A stretch of DNA of 63,847 nucleotides, counting the filler, from Barthelona sp. PAP020 (Eukaryota), in assembly GCA_040182905.1 (NCBI GenBank). It is 21 parts of 21 records of this genome, joined end to end, with 100 filler letters (N's around TTAATTAATTAA, not from the genome) between each part and the next. Parts side by side here need not be neighbours in the genome. Positions count along the whole stretch, not along the records: positions 55,128 to 57,979 come from JARQWU010000784.1; positions 58,080 to 60,915 come from JARQWU010000785.1; positions 61,016 to 63,847 come from JARQWU010000786.1; 18 more parts are not named here. One strand, 5' to 3'. A program made the translations under genes and the position numbers. The notes under the pieces were generated by a model. That model was not told where the DNA came from. It saw only the letters and a list, made by a program, of their open reading frames with translations, and ran no database searches. Below, one piece after another: positions 55,128 through 63,847 of the stretch. Position 1 is the stretch's first letter. Each line of letters starts with the position of its first letter.

Positions 55128-57979
55128 AACACGTATTTTGCTCAAATATCAGTCTCTTCCTTTATATTTCCACAATTAAAGATAAGCACCAGTGATTTAT
55201 TATTTGCTGTCACTTCTACCATGCCACAACTATACACATTGTTAGGTTTTGATGAAGAAACGTTGGGCTTGTTGCATAATATCTTCACCAGAGATCGAAC
55301 TTCAAATTTGATGCATCACTTTGCCTCAACGTTTAAACATTTTGTCGATTTAACAGCATCACAAAGACCCACACATTTCTGTGAAGTAAGTGTATTTGAA
55401 AATTATGTTCATGAAAATCTGGAGAACACTGTTGAAAATGCATTCAATCGATCAATATTTCAAAAATATTTGAAAAGTTTCATTGAAAATTGCGCATTGT
55501 CTGCTAAGGCTAGTATGAAACGTTTAATCAAATTGAAAGAAGCAATCAATTTCAATAACTATATTAATGATGCCATTATTGATAGAAATGATGTTTTGAA
55601 TGCGATCCCCAAAAGGTTACGATCAATTGAAATCAGATTAAGTGAGTTGGTTTTAGCATTGGGAACAAACACGGTTTCAAGAGATAATTTAATCAAAAAT
55701 TTTGAAAAGGATGAGATTACTAGAGATGAGTTAGCAGATATTATAAAATTACTGAACGATCAGTTGAGTGAAGTACAAAAGAAATATAATGAAACAAAGG
55801 TTAATCATAAGTCAACAATTGACAATTATCTCTTTCAGTTACAGCAATTATCCATGTCAGAAAAGGTTGAAATGTTTAGCGCGATTGGAATAATGGAGAA
55901 ACTGAATTTTGTTCTTGAATGTTTTCATATCATAAAAGAAGGGGATGAATGGGATCGTAATGATCAAAAGAACACGTTTCAATCGTTGAAATCCATTTTT
56001 TATTCTCATGAACTATTGTTAAGATTTGTGAATGAGACGATGGATAGAATACTAAAAAAAGAAGTTTTAGACGTATTATTTGACAAATTTGATCAAATTA
56101 AAGACATAAAAATGAATGAAACAAATGACGTTTTCGATTTTCTTTTAGTGTTGGTGTTGTATATCAAAGATTTATCAACCTTACGTTTTGAAATCAAAAC
56201 TTTGGATGAAAAAATTATTGACACTTCTCATAAACATCAGCAAACAATCACAAAAATTCGCACCACAAAACATTCTGAATTGACGTTGACTTCCACATTA
56301 GCGAAGAATTCTCAACTGTATGAAGAGTTATTGGAAGAGAAATATAAATTGGAGAAGAAAATGGTTGAAGCTAGAAAGTCAGTTGAAAAGTTAGAAAAAG
56401 TTCAAACTTTTATGATTTCTATTGGAAAGAATTGGGAACAAGAACTAAACGTGTTAACTTGTACTCTTGGATTGGATTCAAGTTTAGAGAATGAAGCAAA
56501 TGTTGGTTATGAGATAAATAATATATTAGATTCGAAACTAACAAATCTAGCCTTGTCCTGTATGAATTCGGTAATCTTAACCTTGTGCGTTTGGTTACCC
56601 AGTGAAGCCAGACAAGATTTGTTGAGGTTTTCGGTCTTAGATTTATCAAGTCGAGGTTTAATTCCTGTAATTCAAGAAGAATTCACTGAAACCTTGAATT
56701 TTTACGGATTATTCCAACTTTTAGAGACCAATGAAGATCTTTGCCGAAATTGTGGATCAAAGAAAATATTAACAAACTCAGATATTGATGCAGTGTTTAA
56801 TTTTATTGGTAATCATGCTCAGAAGACTGAAACAAATGATAGTAAGAACAACAATGTTAATAAGAAAAAAAATGGTCCAAAGCACCATGGATTAAGTCCT
56901 TTGAATCCATTGAATATGACTAATGGAAATTTTATTGATAAAAGAGCAATGAGAATAAGTAAAAGAAGCTTATCAGCAGTCACACCCATTTTACCTAATG
57001 ATTTCGGGAGTATTAGAGATTTTCTCCTTGAAAGTAGTGAAAATACTGGATCCATTCAAAATGATATCATGTGTTACGTATCTTTTTCTCGAGCAAATTC
57101 CATTTTTTCTTCTAAGGAAAATTGCAGAATATCGCCTGAAAACAACACAAATTCCATATTAATAGATGAATTGGAAGAACCTAGAGTTGATGAATTTGTC
57201 ATTGAAAATATCCCTAATTCTGATGTCAATTTAGCACCTAGAGAAGCTACTAATTTTTTAGTTGAAGCTGATTTGAGTGTCGACAGTGACAGTGATAATG
57301 AAATTTGTCAAAATGAATTTGTCAATAATACCAACAAGAATAGTTTTAAGTTTGTTGATACTGTAAGTAGTGAGAGTTCATTGAATGGATATGGTACTTA
57401 TAGTGGTGGCAATGCTAATCCTTCTGTTGAGAGTGATACCATTGTTAGAATTGATCGCCCTAGTCTTTTCAAATTGTATGAACATTTGAAGGACATTCCA
57501 GTATTATCCTCATTATCTACTGGATTATGTGCGTATTGTTTTGACCCTTTACTGATTAGTTCAATCGTGTTATTGGCTTCTGAACGTATTGTTGTAATGT
57601 TTGATATCTTCGATATAGGTGTGAAATTAATTGAAGTGATAAAGAAAGAATTTGTTATGTTTAATGCTTATGATGATGATTTAGATAAGAAGGTTATTGA
57701 TTTAGCTTCAAAAGGTGAAACTATCGTTATAAACAGCTTTGATAACATAGAATTGATCTCTTTTGCTTTGCTTGAATTAATGAAAAAAATGGCATTGACC
57801 AGTGATAATTTTGGGTTCAGATTTGGTAATGATACGTATGAAATCGATGGAAGCAGTCAAATTATTGTTCTATCTCTTATAAATCCTTTGGATGTAAAAT
57901 ATCTAAACACAGTATTTAATATGTTTGTTACAATACATCTTAGTCCACAACAAAATTCATTAGATACATTATTGCATCG
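55128..57979 (+). CDS. Highly divergent dynein heavy chain-like protein (end of AAA4, stalk, AAA5); truncated at both ends
   Basis: The frame is open across the whole contig. NYVH...FQKYLKSF...RLIKL, a coiled-coil stalk ending KLEKVQTFM...NW, and GETIVI...FRFGNDTYE...SLINP...SLDTLL follow dynein domain order. Confidence 0.55.
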
Positions 57980-58598
57980 NNNNNNNNNNNNNNNNNNNNN
58001 NNNNNNNNNNNNNNNNNNNNNNNTTAATTAATTAANNNNNNNNNNNNNNNNNNNNNNNNNNNNNNNNNNNNNNNNNNNNTTCTTTCACAATGTCACAAAC
58101 TCGAAATACTGCTCAAAATCAAAGTTCTGACATTTTAGACTCTTTGTTTGGTTGATAATTTATTTTTGTAAATGTTTTTAATTGTTTGTTTGTTTTTTGT
58201 TTATGCAAGTCTGAGGGTGTTTTTGAAGGTCCATAGATCAATCATATGAATGATTTCGTACCCCCAATACTCTCACAACGATAAGGGTCAGCAAAAACAA
58301 AAGAATAAAAATCTTTTGAATTCATAAAAAGAGAGATTTATCATTTTACAATGGACAAGATGTTTAGAAAAACAACAGAATATTTGTACCCATTCTGGAG
58401 TTATTTTCATATCTAAAAAAGAATAACTGATAAAAGACTTGTTGAGACAAAATAAATGCAAAAAAAAAATGACTTTGGGGTGACACAAGAGCATGTTATG
58501 ACAAAAACTGAAATAAAAAAAGAATACAATGTAAACAACAACAAATTGACTTTGTTTTGCTCATTTTTTTTTCTTTTTCCAGAAAAAACAAAATTAAA

Positions 58599-59855
58599 TC
58601 ATATAATTGCAATTGAATAGACACAAAATATGGCAAAAACAAAAAAAAGTCGTAAAAAAAACATAAAATAGTTACTTCTACTCTTTCCATTCTTATAATC
58701 GTTATCACCCAATAAACTTTCGTTTGTTGGTATTTCAAGAAATTGGTTACCCAATAATTTAGATATTATAGAAATACAACAACCAAATGGGATAACAGAA
58801 AACAATAAAGCCTTGTTATTTTGTTTCTTCCTTAAAAATTGAAGCATTTCTTCTTTTTTTAGCAATTTTGAACAATTTTGAAGGTCAATAAATTGAAAAT
58901 GATTATTAAAGCTGCTTGAAGCAATTGGTTGGGTTTTTATTAAATATGTTTCTCTAATAATAGGATTTATGTGTCTTAAATCATAAAAAATTAAAAAAAA
59001 AGTCAAAAATAGAACAATTATGAGAAAAAATAAATGTTTCCAACATAAAACATAAAAAATAAATAAAAACAATGGAACTACAAATAAAATAATAAAAGAA
59101 ATATGATTATTTGAATTCAAATTGGTTTTTGAAACTTTTTTCTCAAAAAATATCATCTTTTCATTCCTTTTCAAAAGATTAAAGCCAAAAATTGTCGGTA
59201 TATGAAAAAGTATACTAAAGAGTAACGCAAAATAATGAATAAATAACCAAACAGGATAAACAACAATTAAAAGAATGAATCTACATATAATTAATACAAA
59301 ATGTTCATTAACAAACAATTTGTTGAATAAAAAAGAAAATAACATATCTATTTGATACAATGCATGAAAGAAAGGCAAAATTAATAAATCTTGTTTGTTG
59401 GAAGAAACAAAAAAATAATTTCCATACATCATAAACGTATAAAAAATAATAAATACTATGCTAATTGAAAAATTAAAATCAGGCCATATTAAATGACGCT
59501 GAAAATTATTCCAAAGATTATATTTAAAGAAAATGACTGTACAAAAAGTAATAAAGAATTGAATAATAAAATCAGTAAAAGCATACAGATATTTTGTGTA
59601 AATTCTCTCGTTGAGTATAATATAAACTGAAAGAAGAAGAATGAAAAATAAAATGAAGATATAGACAGTAGAAATTGTAAATTTATCAATAAATCCAAAA
59701 GATTTAACAACACTTGAATAAATATTATCAATAAATCGAAAATTATGATTTGTTTTAACTGTAATTAGAGTAAGAAATGGATAAACTCCAAATATAAATA
59801 TAATCATTTGACTAATAATTTCAATGGTAATTGAAATTATTCCATTCATCAACAT
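58599..59855 (-). CDS. Multi-pass membrane protein of unknown function
   Basis: 418-aa ORF with many hydrophobic segments; the 3' end is uncertain. Confidence 0.55.
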   Translation of the reverse strand: MLMNGIISITIEIISQMIIFIFGVYPFLTLITVKTNHNFRFIDNIYSSVVKSFGFIDKFTISTVYIFILFFILLLSVYIILNERIYTKYLYAFTDFIIQFFITFCTVIFFKYNLWNNFQRHLIWPDFNFSISIVFIIFYTFMMYGNYFFVSSNKQDLLILPFFHALYQIDMLFSFLFNKLFVNEHFVLIICRFILLIVVYPVWLFIHYFALLFSILFHIPTIFGFNLLKRNEKMIFFEKKVSKTNLNSNNHISFIILFVVPLFLFIFYVLCWKHLFFLIIVLFLTFFLIFYDLRHINPIIRETYLIKTQPIASSSFNNHFQFIDLQNCSKLLKKEEMLQFLRKKQNNKALLFSVIPFGCCISIISKLLGNQFLEIPTNESLLGDNDYKNGKSRSNYFMFFLRLFFVFAIFCVYSIAII

Positions 59856-60005
59856 TAAAGAAATAAAAAAAAAGGCATTGAAAAAAGAATTGGATATAAT
59901 TTTATATTCTTCATGAACTTAAAAATTGTTAGTCAATAATGTAGAAATTGCCTACATGAATAGGTTTTGCTTTAAAATGTTCTGTTGAATTTATCTTCTT
60001 TTTTC

Positions 60006-60428
60006 ATGTCAAAATTGGATTCAATTCAAGATATTGAAAGAATTTTTAACAAATTTGATAAGAATAATGATGGAAGAATAGATTGTAGTGAAATTTTTGA
60101 AATATTCAATTCACTCAATTCCAATGTTTCTTATGATGAAATATTGAACTTATTAACAAAATATAGTTCAGATAATACGAGCAAGATAACATTTGCCGAA
60201 TTTGTTAATTTATTTGAAGAATTGGAATTTGACAGAGAACATATTCAGGAATCATTCAAACAGTTGGATTTCGATAACAATGGATTTATTGATTATGAAG
60301 AATTCAAGACATATGTTCGAAAAATTTCTCCAGATTTTGTTTCGGATGAAAAAATTCAAAGCATGTTTAATGAAGCTGATATGAATAAAGATGGTGTGAT
60401 TGATATGTTTGAGTTTGAAAACATTTAA
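60006..60428 (+). CDS. Calmodulin-like EF-hand protein
   Basis: EF loops DKNNDGRID, DFDNNGFIDYEE and DMNKDGVIDMFE. Confidence 0.92.
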   Translation: MSKLDSIQDIERIFNKFDKNNDGRIDCSEIFEIFNSLNSNVSYDEILNLLTKYSSDNTSKITFAEFVNLFEELEFDREHIQESFKQLDFDNNGFIDYEEFKTYVRKISPDFVSDEKIQSMFNEADMNKDGVIDMFEFENI

Positions 60429-61015
60429 ACAATTTGATCTTCTTTATGTTTTTCTATTATTTTTTTTTTTGTAAATAGTTCTTTTTTTTTTCAATATTTG
60501 GAAAATATATGGGTAATTCACAAATAATTGACAGAAAGCTTTCATAAATGGAAATTCGCGGTTGAAATATTTGTTGAGCAAAACTACATAGATTTTTCAA
60601 TCAGTTTGGAAAGTGTTGAAACAGGCTTTTTTCATCATAATTGAAATTAGTTTGAAAAAAGCCAATGAAGGATTGGTAATGGACCAATATTTGATTTATT
60701 TCAAAAAAAGAAAGTTTCATTTTTTTACTCACAATTGAAGGTTTTGACCTTTTATTAATTCTTGAATGTTTTTAATTTGATTTTGAGCGTTGTTGCGCCA
60801 ATTTTTAAACTGATTCAACATACCATTGATTTGCTTGTCGGTCAAATCAAATTGAATAACAGAATGCACACAAAAGGTCTTTTTATTTTGATCAATCAAT
60901 CCTTTGACGACTTTTNNNNNNNNNNNNNNNNNNNNNNNNNNNNNNNNNNNNNNNNNNNNTTAATTAATTAANNNNNNNNNNNNNNNNNNNNNNNNNNNNN
61001 NNNNNNNNNNNNNNN

Positions 61016-61306
61016 TTTGACCCCACTGTTTGCCCCAAGTTGTCACAAGATGAATGTTTCCTTAATGAAAAATGTGGTTGGTGTGGTAAGGCAAACAAAT
61101 GTGTTGCTGGTGATTCTGCTGGAGCTTTTGAAGTTTGTGCCGATGGATATCAATTTGCTTCACTTGTTGGTTTGTATACTACTATGGCTATTGCTTTGCT
61201 TATTTGTTTGATTCTTGTTGGTAGTTGTTGGAGATGGGGATGCGTTCAAAACAAGCAATTTTCCAAAGGTGAAACTGGATATGAAAAAATTGAATCTCAA
61301 GTCTAA
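61016..61306 (+). CDS. PSI-domain single-pass membrane protein, C-terminal part (5'-truncated)
   Basis: CFLNEKCGWCGKANKCVAG PSI motif, a TM segment and a cytoplasmic YEKI (YxxPhi) motif. Confidence 0.7.
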   Translation, partial: FDPTVCPKLSQDECFLNEKCGWCGKANKCVAGDSAGAFEVCADGYQFASLVGLYTTMAIALLICLILVGSCWRWGCVQNKQFSKGETGYEKIESQV

Positions 61307-61385
61307 GAGCTATTTCTAATTGAACAAGACATATAAATGAACTCTGATGGTTTTTCTTTGAAATTGAAAAAAAAATAAAAGTCAC

Positions 61386-61780
61386 TCACAAGCCAATTAT
61401 TTTTGTTGAATCGAAATTTTCCGATTCTTCCCTTTTCCCTCAAGCACGGAACTTTTCCTTAGCCTACCCCCAAACTTTTGTCATGCCACGGTGAATGCAC
61501 GAAAACTTGCTCAATTAGGATGAATTTCAAGAAGGTCGGAGCCTTTGAGTTCTTTTGAACCATTTGTACTGCAATGAATTTCACATACTGCATAGAACAG
61601 TCCTCACCGCTGGACAGCCTATGAAATAAAAGAGTTTAGACTAAGCGATTCCTGAAAGACACGCTGGATCCCCACCCTACCCCGAAAAGAATAAAGAATT
61701 AGGTTTATTATTTATTAATCAACTGAGATTCCCAATGTCTGATTTGGGAAAGTTCAGTAAAAGGTTCGTACAAGAAGGAA
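61386..61780 (+). repeat. Dispersed repeat family A, near full length
   Basis: Colinear with the reverse complements of 35899-36292 and 36301-36699. Confidence 0.92.
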
Positions 61781-61911
61781 AATAAAAAAGAATTAAAAAA
61801 ATATGACTAAATTTATGAAACTAAATTATACACACAAATACTACATGATTAAACCAAACTTTTATTCTTTGTAAAAAAATGTTTCAAATCAAAATTTTGA
61901 AAAAATAATAA

Positions 61912-62796
61912 TCAGGAAAATTCAACAGATGAATCATCATCATCATCATCATTTTCCCACATATTCATTTCTTCCTCTTTTTCTTCTTTAGCATCAAATG
62001 TTTCATCATCCGAAAGTTCAACATAATCCCACTGATGTAACAATTGCCTCCAATATTTAATCTGTTTGTCTAATTGTCTTTTTCCAATTCTTTGAAAGAT
62101 ATTGGGAGTAACTGGATCGTCAGCTCCTCTTTCTTCTTTGGGAACCGCTTTTAAATACTTTTTGTAACTTGGATTATCCTTTCCTATATTTATTTGACGT
62201 TGTCGTTGTGAAATTCTTCTTTTATCTGTTTCAATATGTTTAGGTCTCGTTTTAACACCCGAATCCAACACAATCATCCCATGTTCATTATTATTATCGA
62301 TTTTTTTAAACTTTAAATCAACTTTTGTGCCTCCTTTGTTGGCATCGACATTAAACTTGTCTGGGAAACTGAAAAAGGAACAGTCATCTTCCACAAATTT
62401 TAGTTCTTTTCTCATAGAATAATCATTTGAATCAAACAATATATCCTTATTCGGAAGTGTTGGTGCACTGTTGCTTAACTTTATTGAAAAAAAATCATTT
62501 CTAAAATACAGATTATCATTAATATTAATATCTTCCAAAGTTTACGACAACGAATCATCAAAAGATTGAACTCTGATGAAACTTATATCATATGAAAATT
62601 TCCAAAACACAAAATTCTTTTCAAAATCTGCTTTTTTTGAGCGATCAATGACAATAAATTTCCCATTTTCTTTTTGTATTATCTTATGTCTAATTCTCTT
62701 TCGAGAAATTAAATTCTTAGATAAACTTAAAAGTCTATCCTCATCATCATTGGGTAATCTTATAATATAAATTATGTTATTGTTTTCTTCATCCAT
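61912..62796 (-). CDS. SLBP: Histone mRNA stem-loop-binding protein; probable 45-nt intron at 62501-62545
   Basis: ETDKRRISQRQRQINIGK...YKKY...PVTP...KRQLDKQIKYWRQLLHQWD is the SLBP RNA-binding domain. The upstream ORF is in the same frame, separated by one TAA. Confidence 0.85.
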
Positions 62797-63214
62797 TATG
62801 AAAATAAGATCCTCATTAATACAATTAGAAAGCGAGAATCAATGATCCACAAAATTTCAGGGTTTTTGATTGTTTCTTTTTTCAATCTTCTTTGAGATTT
62901 TTCGTTTCATGGGATCGAAATGAAAAAGTAAAAGGGTTCATCATTGCTTTTGAATGTATTCTTTTCTAATTGTTCTCTCAGCAAAAACTCTTCATAATAA
63001 ACATTTCTTTGTCTTTCCTTTTATTATTGACTACTTACAACTAAATTTTATGTTTTTTAAATTTGAAAAATAATTCCTTGATTTGCAAATACTATGGACT
63101 ACTATTATTTCCTGAATGATCTCTTCTCAATTTTTGAAATTCTGCAACGTGTCAAATCCTTTTTAAATTAGAATGCTTTATTTATAATTTTTTTTTCACT
63201 TGAAAAAAAAAAAT

Positions 63215-63621
63215 TCACACGACAATAATAAATGCTTATAAAGACCTTTATTGTTCTCGGTTAGAGTTTGGGGGTACTTCCAACTGAGTCGTTTTGCGTG
63301 GATGGTTCAGAACACTCTTAAAAAGAAGAAGAAATACTTTGGGTGTGGATGGGGCGATTATCTAAATAAAAGTTAAATAATCTTTTCCCTTCTTGCCAAT
63401 AAATTTTGATTGTTCTTCTATGGGTTTCCTTGATGAAACCTTGTAATTCCTTACCTACCTACCATGTACACTTGTATCCTTACTATCATGAATCATATGA
63501 TTCTTTGCTGTTATTTCACTTTCAATTTTGATATCTATTAATATCAGAAATTGCAAGAAGAAACCTTAAACACATTTATACTGTCTTTTACCTGAAATCC
63601 GTCCGCTTTGCTACGAACACA
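63215..63621 (+). repeat. Dispersed repeat family B, full length (~405 bp)
   Basis: Contains both ends seen in the partial copies at 3188, 3388, 12071, 15246 and 51539. Confidence 0.93.
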
Positions 63622-63847
63622 CAAGTTGACACACATTTATGGACAACAATTGATCACAAGGAGAAACCAGGCATTGGGAACTTTTTGGCATAATCGACGA
63701 CTTGAGATGTGAGTTGATTAATTTGGGGGTACTCATCGGCATGTTTTTGTAAATAGGTCTTAAAATCTTTTAATTTTGTGCTTCCGGAATCGGCTTGGAT
63801 CATTTTAGCAATTTCAACACCTTGGTTGAAGAATGATGCAACAATTT

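Noticed and set aside
3088..61015. Regularly spaced TTAATTAATTAA palindromes as a repeat array, telomere or nanochromosome signal
   Set aside because: Always centred in N-runs with a constant 100-nt total: an artificial linker. ORF tails reading XXX-LIN are artefacts of it.
6814..62544. Stop-codon reassignment (TAA/TAG as sense, as in hexamitid diplomonads or ciliates) to explain five isolated in-frame stops
   Set aside because: RPS15A, RPS21, ALG6 and others end at TAA at the expected length, and many 600-900-aa ORFs contain no internal TAA/TAG. Introns or pseudogenisation explain the cases better.
1..63847. CRISPR arrays, rRNA or tRNA genes, operons, transposase or reverse transcriptase ORFs
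   Set aside because: None recognisable; the content is eukaryotic nuclear genes and non-coding repeats.

Overview
This is not one locus. It is 21 short contigs (about 2.8-3.1 kb, in decreasing length) joined by artificial 100-nt linkers (N44-TTAATTAATTAA-N44), so adjacency across linkers means nothing. The DNA comes from an AT-rich, gene-dense, intron-poor flagellated microbial eukaryote using the standard genetic code. Recognisable genes or fragments include RPS21, RPS15A, RPL18A, RLP24, CBF5, RPA2, CPSF2, importin-alpha, NSE1, GINS3, ALG6, RME-8, SLBP, fimbrin, a formin, MORN3, a DM10 protein, a TBC RabGAP, a CTDSP phosphatase and a divergent dynein-heavy-chain-like protein. The main result is an ~80-aa C-terminal module I do not recognise (core CWDLVDxNxxNGGNM plus an acidic tail). 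It occurs 6 times in 5 genes on 5 contigs, fused to WD40 propellers or to a pseudokinase-ankyrin protein. One gene has a tandem duplication of it and several copies carry in-frame stops or frameshifts, which fits an expanding, fast-turnover sensor-plus-adaptor family reminiscent of SOCS-box WSB/ASB proteins (inference). Other results: introns with a fixed branch-point/3' splice-site spacing (CTAAY-NNN-YAG) and candidate 36-45-nt introns; five families of dispersed non-coding repeats; an NRPS/PKS-type thioesterase fragment; a single-pass GAIN/GPS surface protein; and a secreted protein resembling bacterial hypothetical proteins. All family assignments come from motif recognition by eye; no database search was run.
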